The notes beneath the pieces were generated by a model. The model did not search any database, had not been told where the DNA came from, and was given only the letters and a program-made list of their open reading frames with translations. The position numbers and the translations under genes are program-made. This document shows positions 42,740-51,997 of a stretch of 51,997 nt of DNA, in pieces. Source of the stretch: Chthonomonadales bacterium (GTDB taxonomy: Bacteria; Armatimonadota; Chthonomonadetes; Chthonomonadales; CAJBBX01); NCBI GenBank assembly GCA_037443035.1, contig JBBIPC010000024.1, positions 1 to 51,997 on the forward strand, read 5' to 3'. The stretch's first letter is position 1. Every line of letters begins with the position of its first letter.

Positions 42740-44071
42740 ATGGACACAGACGACATCTCGCGCAGAGCGGCCTTAGCTATGATGGGCGGCCTCATGATGG
42801 CCGCAGGCTCAGGCGCGGCAGAGAGCTGGGCACAGGGACAGGGTGAGGAAGGGAGCATCGCCATGAGAGAGCAGCTCAGAGGTCGCTTCCACGTTACCGA
42901 CTATGGTGCGAAAGGCGATGGGAAGACGGACAACACGGACGCCTTTCAGAGAGCGCTGGATGCGGCGGGCAAGGCGGGGGGCTACGAGGTCTACGCGCCT
43001 CCAGGCCGGTATCTCTTCGAGGGGTCGCTCAAGATCCCGCCGGCGACGGCACTGACCGGTTCGTTCCTGACGGTGCCGGCCCACAACGGCATCCGCGATG
43101 CGCACCTCCCGAAGCCAGGAGACGATGGCACGACGCTGATGCCGGTGGGCCATACAGGTGCGGAAGATGGGCCTCCGTTCCTGACACTGGATACCAACAG
43201 CGTCCTCCGAGGTGTCACCATCTGGTACCCCCAACAGGATCCGAAGGGCCGTCCGAAGCCCTATCCGTGGACCATTGCCATGCGGGGCAAGAACCCTGCC
43301 GTGCTGGATACAGAGCTCCTCAACCCCTACAACGCCATTGACACGACAACCACCGAGCGCCATCTCATCCGCTGTGTGCACGGCCAGCCACTGCGCCGCG
43401 GGATCCTCGTGGATCAGATCTACGATATCGGACGGATCGAGAACGTCCACTGGAACCCATGGTGGAGCATGGCTGAGCCTGTCATGAAGTTCATGGAGGC
43501 GGAGGGCGAGGGGTTCATCCTAGGGAAGACCGACTGGGAATACATGGTGAACTGTTTCTGCATCATGTACAAGGTCGGTTTTCGTTTCACCGAGTTCAAA
43601 CACGGTCCCGGCAACGTCGTCCTTACCCAGTGTGGCTCCGATGTGGGCCCCTTAGCCGTACTCGTGGAGAACTGCCAGACCCATGCGGGCATAGCGTTCG
43701 TCAACGGCCAGTTCATGGCGGGCATCAAGGTCGCAGCGACCAACACTGGCCCGGTCAAGTTCGCCAACTGCGGCTTCTGGCCCATTCCTACTACCGAATG
43801 GCACGCTGACCTCGAGGGGAGCGGGCATGTGACCTTCAACAGCTGTCACTTCTCCGATTGGGCGATGAAGAATCGCGACACGCCATGTATTCGGGCGCGG
43901 TGCAACGGACTGACCGTCATGGGATGCGACTTCATGGCTGGCGGCAAACGCCAACTGGAGATCGGCCAGGAAGTCCAGTCGGCTGTCGTGGTGGGGAATC
44001 GCCTACGGGGCGGGCAGAGAATCGCCTGCAATGCTCGCGACGCGCAGATAGGCTTCAACACGACGACGTAG
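42740..44071 (+). CDS. Tat-exported pectate-lyase-superfamily (right-handed beta-helix) protein
   Basis: SRRAAL twin-arginine motif and 'VTDYGAKGDG.TDNT.AFQ.ALD...VY.PPGRY', followed by beta-helix repeats. Confidence 0.85.
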   Translation: MDTDDISRRAALAMMGGLMMAAGSGAAESWAQGQGEEGSIAMREQLRGRFHVTDYGAKGDGKTDNTDAFQRALDAAGKAGGYEVYAPPGRYLFEGSLKIPPATALTGSFLTVPAHNGIRDAHLPKPGDDGTTLMPVGHTGAEDGPPFLTLDTNSVLRGVTIWYPQQDPKGRPKPYPWTIAMRGKNPAVLDTELLNPYNAIDTTTTERHLIRCVHGQPLRRGILVDQIYDIGRIENVHWNPWWSMAEPVMKFMEAEGEGFILGKTDWEYMVNCFCIMYKVGFRFTEFKHGPGNVVLTQCGSDVGPLAVLVENCQTHAGIAFVNGQFMAGIKVAATNTGPVKFANCGFWPIPTTEWHADLEGSGHVTFNSCHFSDWAMKNRDTPCIRARCNGLTVMGCDFMAGGKRQLEIGQEVQSAVVVGNRLRGGQRIACNARDAQIGFNTTT

Positions 44072-44200
44072 CCAGCGTACCGTCAACAAGCACCGGCGGT
44101 GGGCGGAGCATGTTGCCGCTGTACCGGAAGGGAGCGGAGAGCAGCTTACTGGCGTAGAGATTCCTGCCGGAGCAAGCAAGCCCGGCAGGAGAAGGATCAC

Positions 44201-44782
44201 ATGAGCAACATCGTGGAGGAAGTCCTATCAGCCAACGCGGCCTACGCGGCGTCGTTCGGTGACAAGGCCAACCTGCCGATGCCGCCAGGCAGGCACTTCG
44301 CCATACTGACGTGCATGGACGCGCGTCTGGATCCAGCCAAGTTCGCTGGTCTGTCCGAGGGTGATGCGCACGTCATACGTAACGCCGGCGGCAGGGCGAG
44401 CGACGACGCAATACGTTCCCTCGTGATATCCTATAAGCTGCTCGGCACGAGAGAGTGGTTTGTGATTCATCACACCGACTGCGGCATGCAGTTCTTCACC
44501 GACGACGTCATGCGCACGCTTCTTGCTAGTAGTCTGGACACTGCTGTTCTCGGGCCAGATGGCTTCCAGGATGTGGGCCGGGGCCCGGGATCGACAGAAG
44601 GGCAGTACATCGACTGGCTGACCATCGCTGATCAGCCCGCAAGTGTCCTGGCGGATGTCGTGAGAATCCGCAATCATCCGCTGGTACCCGGACGGATTCC
44701 CATCTACGGCTACATCTACGATGTGAAGTCGGGGAAGCTGGTGGAGGTGCCTGCCGCCATGGATGCAGGCCGACCGCGCTAG
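44201..44782 (+). CDS. Beta-class carbonic anhydrase
   Basis: Zinc motifs LTCMDARL and HHTDCG, plus '[11 protein letters not shown]' and '[10 protein letters not shown]'. RBS AGGAGAAGGA. Confidence 0.95.
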   Translation: MSNIVEEVLSANAAYAASFGDKANLPMPPGRHFAILTCMDARLDPAKFAGLSEGDAHVIRNAGGRASDDAIRSLVISYKLLGTREWFVIHHTDCGMQFFTDDVMRTLLASSLDTAVLGPDGFQDVGRGPGSTEGQYIDWLTIADQPASVLADVVRIRNHPLVPGRIPIYGYIYDVKSGKLVEVPAAMDAGRPR

Positions 44783-44861
44783 CAGCAGCGACGGGAAGTG
44801 TGCGGGGGGAGAGCGGTCAGCAAGATACCGACTCCTCGCAACGCCAGTGGAGCAACGCTGG

Positions 44862-46040
44862 CTACTGCTTCGCGCTACGTTGGGGGCGGCGGTCCTCCAA
44901 CGCGGCACCCTTGGCGTCCACGAGATTGCCGCCAAGCACCACGTCGCGGACCTTCTCGCCGATGACAATGCCGGCCGCTTGGCTTTCCACGTGGTTGCCC
45001 TGGAGGACCGTCCGACCCCCCAGCAGAAGAACCGCCGGTGGCTTGTACTCCTGCATGGGGCGTAGGAGGCTACAGCCCGTCACCACCACGTGATCGCTGC
45101 TGCGTACCTCCACAGCGGCGCCGTTGTTGGCTTTCATCTCGGCACCAGTCAAACGCACACGCGCTTTGTCGCCATCCACGAGGAGCCCTTGTGCATGCGT
45201 CCAGTAGGTTCCTCCCGAGATGCTGACGGTGTTCTCGCCTTCGACCCGAATCCCCACGCCGCAGAAGTCCGCTGCACATCCTGTCAGGACGCCCCATGTC
45301 CCTCCCTCGATCTTGCAGCCGGGTATCTTGTCTCGCAGGAGAAAGCCGGTGCCCATGGCGAAGGCGAAGCAGTCCGTCAGCCGGATCAGATCGTTCTTGC
45401 CGAGGTCGAAGCCGATGCCCTTCTCGAGCGGTCGAGGGACGGGGCCCAGGTTCCACACTTCGATATTGCGAAGGGCGGGAACGTCCCAGGTACCCGTGAC
45501 GCGGACGCCGATATTCCTCGGGGCAACGATGAATACGTCGGCGATGTTCAGGCGTCCGACATTCGAGACACCATCCGTCACGATGCCATCCCAGGGATAC
45601 TGAAGCTTCACCGACGATATCCATGCGCCAATGCCTGACACGAGCACCGCTGCCGGGCCCGATTCGGGCTCCCTATCCCATTCGTAGCGAATACAAACAC
45701 CCTTCAAGCTGCCTCCGGCCTTCAGCTCCACGCATGGGCCGTCCCGGTGCGTCGGTAGGAGTAGCGGTAGGGTGTCGGTGTCCGCAGGCCAGGCGCCCGC
45801 ATCGGGACCGTGGAGGGCCACGCCTTCCAGAACGATGGGCTTGCTGAGGCGATACCTGCCCTGCGGAACGTACACCGAGCGGCTTTCCTTTCGCGCAGTC
45901 TCGACTGCGGTCAAGAAGGCCGCCGTATCATCGCTGTTTCCATCTCCTCGGGCGCCCACGGACTTGACGCTGACGGCATCTGGGTTTGCAAGGCCGGCCA
46001 GCGAGAGTAACACGAGCGCCGCGCATACAAAGCACCTCAT
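44862..46040 (-). CDS. Secreted pectate-lyase-superfamily beta-helix protein
   Basis: Signal peptide MRCFVCAALVLLSLA and 'VKSVGARGDG.SDDTAAF..A...VYVPQGRY'. ATGA overlap with the GH16 stop. Confidence 0.82.
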   Translation of the reverse strand: MRCFVCAALVLLSLAGLANPDAVSVKSVGARGDGNSDDTAAFLTAVETARKESRSVYVPQGRYRLSKPIVLEGVALHGPDAGAWPADTDTLPLLLPTHRDGPCVELKAGGSLKGVCIRYEWDREPESGPAAVLVSGIGAWISSVKLQYPWDGIVTDGVSNVGRLNIADVFIVAPRNIGVRVTGTWDVPALRNIEVWNLGPVPRPLEKGIGFDLGKNDLIRLTDCFAFAMGTGFLLRDKIPGCKIEGGTWGVLTGCAADFCGVGIRVEGENTVSISGGTYWTHAQGLLVDGDKARVRLTGAEMKANNGAAVEVRSSDHVVVTGCSLLRPMQEYKPPAVLLLGGRTVLQGNHVESQAAGIVIGEKVRDVVLGGNLVDAKGAALEDRRPQRSAKQ

Positions 46041-46876
46041 TGCCGTTTCTTCCATGCACGCACGTAGTCTATGGAGTACGTCGAGGGCAAATCCTCCGGC
46101 CTGGGCAGTCCGAACCAGTCCGGCATCGTCTCTGTATCGAAATTCATGGTAAGTGGTTGGTGCCAGTGAGTGTTGGGGCCTTGCCGCACCAAGACGCCGT
46201 CCAGGTAGAACTTGATCTCCTTCTCGTCCCATTCCAGACCGTACACGTGGTAATCATCCGCCAAGTTGAATGGAGCCTCGTAGATACCGCCGATCTGCCA
46301 ATGCTGCTTCTCCGTGGGAGTATGGAACACATGGACCGTCATGAAGAGTTTCCGTTCGTATCCAGGAGCACCGCCCCCGATTTCGAAAACGTCTATCTCC
46401 GTCCATTGCTCGGGTTCCGAGTAATAAAACCAGAACGCACTGGAGCCGTGGGATCGCATGGCCTTTGCTCTGACTTCGAAGTAGCCGTAGAGGACGCGCT
46501 CCTTGCTTTGAACGGCGGCCGCGGTGAAAGTGTGGTAGCCGTCCTTCTTCAATTCCTCCGAAGGTTCTTCGCAACGCATGGTCAAGTGCAATTGGCCGTC
46601 GCGGACTTCTACATTGGACGGAAGAAACGGCGCCGGTTGGCGGCCTTTCCACGTGGGGTTATGGTCCCACCACTTCTTCGGGTCGAGTTTCTTGCCGTTG
46701 AACTCGTCCCACAGTGGTCTGTAAGGCACCCACTTGCCGGTGTTCCGCCGATCGGATAGGGGGTAGCGGTCCGTCATCCGCTTGACGGCTTCCTGAGGAA
46801 GGTTCGGGCGCAGGTTCTGCCACGCCCAGGGGTCCGGTTGTTGTGCAACCGCTAGCAGTAGGGGAATCAGTACCAT
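46037..46876 (-). CDS. Glycoside hydrolase family 16
   Basis: 'DEFNG..LD..KW', 'YGYFEVRAK', 'SAFW', catalytic 'EIDVFE' and 'YHVYGLEW...I.FY.DG'. Confidence 0.93.
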   Translation of the reverse strand: MVLIPLLLAVAQQPDPWAWQNLRPNLPQEAVKRMTDRYPLSDRRNTGKWVPYRPLWDEFNGKKLDPKKWWDHNPTWKGRQPAPFLPSNVEVRDGQLHLTMRCEEPSEELKKDGYHTFTAAAVQSKERVLYGYFEVRAKAMRSHGSSAFWFYYSEPEQWTEIDVFEIGGGAPGYERKLFMTVHVFHTPTEKQHWQIGGIYEAPFNLADDYHVYGLEWDEKEIKFYLDGVLVRQGPNTHWHQPLTMNFDTETMPDWFGLPRPEDLPSTYSIDYVRAWKKRQ

Positions 46877-46991
46877 CCCTATAGACCTCCGAAGGTATGG
46901 GCGAGCGGACCCGACGGACGGTCGGCCCGTCCAGCTCGTCCTTACATAGCGCCGCCGTACGGGTCAGCCACACGCTGCGCATTCATCTTGC

Positions 46992-48605
46992 CTACGGACG
47001 ACCGGCCACCGTCGTAGTCACATGGGGAAGGTGCCCCATGAGACTATCTCGGAGACCCTTGACGTACGGCTTGTGTAGCTCCACGTCGCGCAGATGATAG
47101 ATGGGTACCCACGGTGCATCCTCCACCGCGATCTTCTCTGCTTTGGCATAGAGCTGAAGCCGCTTCGCAGGGTCCGGCTCGACGTCGGCCTGATCGCACA
47201 ACCGGTCGAACTCGGGGTTCGAATAACCGATCGTGTTCTCGGCGGAGCCTGTGTGGAGCATGAGGGACAGGAAGTTCTGCGGGTCCAGATAATCTGCTGC
47301 CCACCGGAGATGGTAGCAGGGCATGGTACCGTTGGTGCGCTGCGTCAGAAACTGCGCCCATTCCACCTGTTGGATATCACATTCGATGCCCAGGTTGCGC
47401 TTGAGATCGCTGCGGATGGCAATGACGGCGTCCTCGATGTACTTGTAGCCTTGCCGAAAGGTGATCGTCAGTCGCGGGAAACCCTTACCGTCAGGATAGC
47501 CGGCCTCAGCAAGGAGACGTCGTGCCCTGGCCGGGTCGTAAGGCAGCCCTCTGTAGGCGGGATTGTAGCCCAGTACTCCGGGCGGGATAATGCCGTTGGC
47601 CCTGACAGCAGTTCCCTTGAGTGCGAGCCTGATGACCGCGTCCTTGTCTATGGCGTACGCAAAGGCCTGCCGTACCCGTCGGTCCTTGAATGGCGGAAAC
47701 GCCTGCTGATTCAGTGCGAGATACCATATGTTGGCACGGGCGAACTCCCGAATCTGCGTGTGTAGGTTCGGGTCCGCCTGCAGACGGCTCAGATCCGCCC
47801 GCTGAATGTCCGTGATATCGGTTCCCCCGCTCTCGTACCGCGTCTGGCGGCTGTTGGAGTCGGGGAGGATGGGTCGTTCGATCCCGTCCAGGATCGGCTT
47901 GCCTCCGTGGTACAGAGGATTGGCAGCCAGCAAGACGCTGTAACCAGGTCGGTACTGGGCCAGCGCGAACGGTCCCGTACCGATCATGCTCTTTTCATCG
48001 ATTCGGCCGCCGTTCTTCTCGACAGCTTCCTTGCAGACGACGTAGGCGGTGGGATAGGTCAACTTGCCCAGGAAGTACGGCTTGCGCCTGTCAATGGTGA
48101 TCTGGAGCGTGTGTTCGTCCAGCGCCTGCGCTCCCGCGAGCGTCGCGGTCTTGCCGTCGGCCACGTCCTTGGCGCCGACGATATCGTTGAGATAGTTCAT
48201 GGCCGTGGCGGATTTCGTCGCCGGCAGGAGGGATCGGGTCAGGCTATAGACGAAATCGTGGGCTGTTACAGGACGCTCGAAGGGCTTGTGGAACAGCACG
48301 TTCGACTTCAGGTGGAACGTGTAGACGGTACCATCGTCGCTGATATCCCAACGTTCGGCGATATTCGGGACCACCTCGTTCTTCTCGCTCCACTGGACGA
48401 GCCCTTCGAAGACCTGCATGAGCATGTCTATCGTGTCCCCGTCCTCCACAAGGGCAGGGTCGAGGGTTGTCGGGCGGTTTTGCAGGGCGTAGCGGAAGAC
48501 GTTCTTGCCAGTTACCGAATAGGCGGCCTTCGTAGCCTTCCGACCACAACCGGCGACGAGAATGACCGCCGCAGCGAGTATGGCGGCGATAGATGCAAGA
48601 CGCAT
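46992..48605 (-). CDS. ABC peptide/nickel substrate-binding lipoprotein (OppA/DppA, family 5)
   Basis: Lipobox VAG|C, 'P.TLDPA', 'FEGLV', 'AERW.IS.DG..YTF.L', 'GTGPF', 'D.RVRQAF..AID' and 'W.ADY.DP'. Confidence 0.93.
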   Translation of the reverse strand: MRLASIAAILAAAVILVAGCGRKATKAAYSVTGKNVFRYALQNRPTTLDPALVEDGDTIDMLMQVFEGLVQWSEKNEVVPNIAERWDISDDGTVYTFHLKSNVLFHKPFERPVTAHDFVYSLTRSLLPATKSATAMNYLNDIVGAKDVADGKTATLAGAQALDEHTLQITIDRRKPYFLGKLTYPTAYVVCKEAVEKNGGRIDEKSMIGTGPFALAQYRPGYSVLLAANPLYHGGKPILDGIERPILPDSNSRQTRYESGGTDITDIQRADLSRLQADPNLHTQIREFARANIWYLALNQQAFPPFKDRRVRQAFAYAIDKDAVIRLALKGTAVRANGIIPPGVLGYNPAYRGLPYDPARARRLLAEAGYPDGKGFPRLTITFRQGYKYIEDAVIAIRSDLKRNLGIECDIQQVEWAQFLTQRTNGTMPCYHLRWAADYLDPQNFLSLMLHTGSAENTIGYSNPEFDRLCDQADVEPDPAKRLQLYAKAEKIAVEDAPWVPIYHLRDVELHKPYVKGLRDSLMGHLPHVTTTVAGRP

Positions 48606-48687
48606 GGGGTGCCAAGACCTCCGTTATCGCGAAAGGAACATGCCGTAGTCATACCCCATGACCGCCACCAACACGCGCTTGCCATCT

Positions 48688-48878
48688 CGCCGGTGGTTGA
48701 GTAAGCCCGACGCCCGCTGTCGGGCTGTATCGAAACCACCGGCCCGGTTGCCCCTCTCGGGCTGTATCGAACCCACCTGCCCAGGCGTCGCCATGACCCC
48801 GATCGAGACGCCCTCGCCATACCACCGGTCGCTTCGATACGCCCCGTCGCTTCGCGCCGGGACACTCAACGACCGGCG
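48688..48878. repeat. REP-like inverted-repeat element with an internal partial duplication
   Basis: Left arm CGCCGGTGGTTGAGT-hairpin(AGCCCGAC/GTCGGGCT)-GTATCGAA. The reverse complement of the right arm reads CGCCGGTCGTTGAGT-hairpin-GTATCGAA. Direct repeat CGGGCTGTATCGAA(A/C)CCACC at 48721 and 48758. Confidence 0.7.
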
Positions 48879-48933
48879 TAACAGCACGGTCCTGCGGAGA
48901 CGGGGTACGATAGTCGGTCAGAACGGCCCAGCC

Positions 48934-50862
48934 ATGCACGAACCGAATCTCCGACCAGTCACCCTGCGAGCAATGCTCGTGGCCGCGGCCCTCATCCCCG
49001 CCAATATTGCCTGGTGCGTCATGATGGAGCGGGTGGATGGTCGAGCGTTCAGCACAACGGCGTCCATCTTCTTTACCGCTGTGTTTTCGCTCCTCGTGGT
49101 AGTGCTCCTCAACGCTCTCGTCCAGCGTGTACGTCCAGCGAAAGCCATGAGCCAAGGGGAGCTGCTTGTCATCTTCACCATGCTCTCCCTGGCCACGGCC
49201 ATGGCAGGCATCGATTGGGGCATGCCGCTCATCACGCTCATGGGCCATGGCTTCTGGTTCGCCACTCCCTCCAACGGGTGGGAGCAGACTTTCCACGCCT
49301 TCTTGCCGCGCTGGCTGACGGTGAGCGATCGGACGGCGCTGGCAGGCTACTACCTTGGCGCCTCGAGCCTCTACCGCTGGGAGAACCTGCGCGCGTGGCT
49401 GGTGCCGGTCGGATGGTGGACTGTCTTCATCATGGCGCTCCTGTGGGTCATGCTCTGCCTCAACACCTTGGTTCGAGCGCGCTGGACGGAGAAGGAACGC
49501 CTGACCTACCCGATGATCCATCTGCCAGTCGCCATGACCGCTCCTGGCGGCGGCCTCTACCGAAACCGCCTTTTCTGGATTGGATTTGGCTTGGCGGCTT
49601 CGCACAGCCTCGTAAACGGTCTGCATAATCTCTATCCGGCGGTTCCGGCGTTCACTTTCAATGGCTTCGATGCGGGGCAGTGGTTTACGTCTCGACCCTG
49701 GAACGCCATCGGTTGGACGCCTTTGGCCGTCTTTCCGTTCATCGTTGGCCTGGGATATCTGCTGCCTGTGGATCTGCTTTTCAGTTGCTGGTTTTTCTTC
49801 CTCTTCTGGCGCATGGAGAAAGTGGTGTCGAGCGCGCTTGGTTACATGGCTGAGCAGCCGAAATTCCCGTATGTGGACGAGCAGATGTTCGGGGCCTACA
49901 TGGCCGTCTTCGCTCTTGCGGTGTATTCAGCGCGCAATGATCTACGAGAAATCGTCCGTAGTGCGTTGCGTGGAGATCGCCACGAGGGAGACGGCCGAGA
50001 ACCCATGAGCTTCCGCACGGCGGTCGTGGGTGCCCTCGGCGGTCTCGTGTTTCTGACTATCTTCTCTTATGTAGCCGGCATGCCCGTATGGCTGGGTGCA
50101 CTGTTCTTCGTCATCTACTTCGCCATTGCCGTAGCCGTCACACGCATGAGGGCTGAGCTGGGTCCGCCAACGCATGATCTGCATTTCATCGGCCCCGATC
50201 AGTCTTTGACCACGATCCTCGGTACCCGCGGTATGAGTGGGCCTTCGCTCGGCACCATGACGTTGTACTACTGGTTCAACCGTGCCTACCGCTGCCATCC
50301 CATGCCCCACCAGCTCGAAGGGTTGAAGATGGCGCAGATCACGCGGACTAACCCCCGGGGGCTTGCGTTGGCCATGATGTTAGCAGCATTCCTCGGGATC
50401 GTCGCGACTTTCTGGGTCACGCTCCATGTGTCCTACCGTCTCGGTGCCGCAGCGCGCATCACGGGGTGGGGTTCCTTGGGGTATGGGCCGGAAGCCTACA
50501 ATCGTCTGGCGGGATGGATAGCTTCACCGCAGAAACCCAACGTGGCTGGCATCTGGGCCATGGTGGTGGGCTTCGCCGTGGCGGCAAGCCTGATGACGAT
50601 CCGGATGCACGTCTACGGCTGGCCGTTCCACGCCTTGGGGTTCGCCATTAGCGGAGGGTGGTCCATGATGTGGGCATGGCTCAGCCTGTTCGTGGCGTGG
50701 GTCCTGAAAAGCGTCGTGCTTCGGTACGGCGGCCTCGAGGGTTATCGAAACGGTCTGCCCCTCTTCTTCGGCATCATTCTTGGGGATTTCGTGGTGGGCG
50801 GCACGTGGACGATTCTGGGTCTTCTCTTCGATATACCCATCCACAGCCTCTGGAGCGGCTAA
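48934..50862 (+). CDS. DUF6785/DUF6784-type polytopic membrane protein (paralog of 2656-4620)
   Basis: 'ELLVIF.ML', W..KERLTYPM, PWNAIG, TRMRAELG, WPFHALG and WVLKS.VLRYGGL..YR..LP.F.G..LG. Start placed at ATG 48934. Confidence 0.82.
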   Translation: MHEPNLRPVTLRAMLVAAALIPANIAWCVMMERVDGRAFSTTASIFFTAVFSLLVVVLLNALVQRVRPAKAMSQGELLVIFTMLSLATAMAGIDWGMPLITLMGHGFWFATPSNGWEQTFHAFLPRWLTVSDRTALAGYYLGASSLYRWENLRAWLVPVGWWTVFIMALLWVMLCLNTLVRARWTEKERLTYPMIHLPVAMTAPGGGLYRNRLFWIGFGLAASHSLVNGLHNLYPAVPAFTFNGFDAGQWFTSRPWNAIGWTPLAVFPFIVGLGYLLPVDLLFSCWFFFLFWRMEKVVSSALGYMAEQPKFPYVDEQMFGAYMAVFALAVYSARNDLREIVRSALRGDRHEGDGREPMSFRTAVVGALGGLVFLTIFSYVAGMPVWLGALFFVIYFAIAVAVTRMRAELGPPTHDLHFIGPDQSLTTILGTRGMSGPSLGTMTLYYWFNRAYRCHPMPHQLEGLKMAQITRTNPRGLALAMMLAAFLGIVATFWVTLHVSYRLGAAARITGWGSLGYGPEAYNRLAGWIASPQKPNVAGIWAMVVGFAVAASLMTIRMHVYGWPFHALGFAISGGWSMMWAWLSLFVAWVLKSVVLRYGGLEGYRNGLPLFFGIILGDFVVGGTWTILGLLFDIPIHSLWSG

Positions 50863-50991
50863 GTGCCGTCCCCAAGCACGGCTCAGGCAGACGGTAGCGG
50901 ACCTCTGGCCTGCAGTAAGGTTTTCGTTAGCAGGACAGGGGTTGTCCTGGAACTACGTGCGTACCGCACAGACGGCGCCTGATTGCACTAC

Positions 50992-51798
50992 CTAGAGAGG
51001 TTCCTCTGCGACCGGATTCGTGAGCTGACCGATGCCGTCGATGTCAACGGTCACCGTATCGCCGGGCCGGAGCCATCGCGGCGGTTTGCGGGCCATGCCC
51101 ACCCCGTGAGGAGTGCCGGTCAGGATGACCGTACCTGGAAGGAGCGTCGTGCTCCCGCTCAGGAACGCGATGAGCGTGGGCACGTCGAAGATCATGTCGC
51201 CGGTCGTCCAGTCTTGCATGACCTCGCCACTTACGATACAGCGAATCGCCAGCGCATTGGGATCGGGGATCTCCTCGGGGGTGACCAGACACGGACCCAT
51301 GGGTGCGAACGTGTCGAACGTCTTGCCGCGACACCATTGCCCTCCGCCCCATTGCTTCTGCCAGTCTCGGGCGCTCACGTCGTTGGCGCACGTATAGCCC
51401 AGCACGTATTCGAGCGCTCGCTCCTTCGGCACGTTCTTGCATTGCTTGCCGATCACCACAGCCAGTTCGGCTTCGTAGTCCACCTCGTCGCTCCGCAGGA
51501 CGCGCGGCAGCAGAATCGGCTTGCCTGGGTCCTGAGTCGCAGCGGGCGATTTCATGAACAGGACCGGAAACTCAGGTATCGGCGCGCCGCTCTCGGCGGC
51601 ATGGTGGCGGTAGTTCAGCCCGATGCATAGAATGGCGGTTGGTTGCACGGGGGCAAGCAGCTCGCTGGGATGGACGATCTCATCTGTGACGCGCCATTCC
51701 CCGAACAAGTCACCTTCGATGCGATGGGCTGTGCCGTCGGCATGGAGCGCTGCCCACTCCGGCGACCCGCTCTTCTCACGATAGCGGACGATTCTCAC
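50992..51798 (-). CDS. Fumarylacetoacetate hydrolase family protein
   Basis: 'CIGLNY..HA.E', 'P.LF.K', '[12 protein letters not shown]', 'NDVSARD', 'GK.FDTF.PMGP' and 'TL.PG.VILTGTP.GVG'. Confidence 0.95.
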   Translation of the reverse strand: MRIVRYREKSGSPEWAALHADGTAHRIEGDLFGEWRVTDEIVHPSELLAPVQPTAILCIGLNYRHHAAESGAPIPEFPVLFMKSPAATQDPGKPILLPRVLRSDEVDYEAELAVVIGKQCKNVPKERALEYVLGYTCANDVSARDWQKQWGGGQWCRGKTFDTFAPMGPCLVTPEEIPDPNALAIRCIVSGEVMQDWTTGDMIFDVPTLIAFLSGSTTLLPGTVILTGTPHGVGMARKPPRWLRPGDTVTVDIDGIGQLTNPVAEEPL

Positions 51799-51997
51799 GC
51801 GTTGCGTTGACCTCCATTCGTGGTAGTCCTTCTACGATCGGCACGCTGCACGGTGGCGTGGCGGCGTGAAAGTGGCTCGCGCCGTTCAGCAGCGAACAGC
51901 TGTCGTGCCAGCGCTGGTACTAGCGTCCATCTGCCAGCGCCTGATCCTCCGAGTCGATCAGGGAACCGGTCGATCACATGATCCCTTCGATGAGACC

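Noticed and set aside
48721..48777. Two 20-bp direct repeats as a possible mini-CRISPR
   Set aside because: Only two copies with a 17-bp gap and no cas genes. They are better explained as part of the REP-like element.
51795..51977. 60-aa ORF upstream of the FAH gene
   Set aside because: No RBS or recognisable composition, and the context is cut by the window edge.

Overview
A GC-rich bacterial window with about 32 protein-coding genes. I found no rRNA, tRNA, CRISPR array or transposase. The DUF1559 prepilin-like signature ([25 protein letters not shown]), the two DUF6785/DUF6784-type membrane proteins and the many Tat-tagged sugar enzymes suggest Armatimonadota (inference). Most of the window is accessory carbohydrate metabolism (GH2-like, GH16, GH99-like, DUF4838, DUF4185, two beta-helix proteins, Gfo/Idh/MocA, a TIM-barrel epimerase, FAH family). 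Housekeeping genes are mixed in (acnA, an isolated nuoB-nuoI pair, apbE, beta-carbonic anhydrase, an RNB nuclease, OppA). Five loci stand out. (1) An intact glycyl-radical enzyme carries a twin-arginine-type N-terminus, has no activase nearby, and is followed in the same frame by a LamG-FIST fusion. (2) A LacI-autoregulated operon with a clear TTGACA-17-TATCCT promoter and twin palindromic operators encodes a pilin-like DUF1559 protein, a small membrane protein, a DUF6785 permease-like protein and a secreted unknown; this is a candidate non-canonical uptake system. (3) A RelE-like/SF1-helicase/TPR-like protein is a candidate defence gene. (4) A small protein appears to join an RHH-like N-terminus to an H-NS-like DNA-binding tail. 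(5) A REP-like inverted-repeat element lies between two divergent transport genes. All family assignments come from recognising motifs by eye, not from database searches. Many starts were moved from the ORF-track starts to RBS-supported codons.
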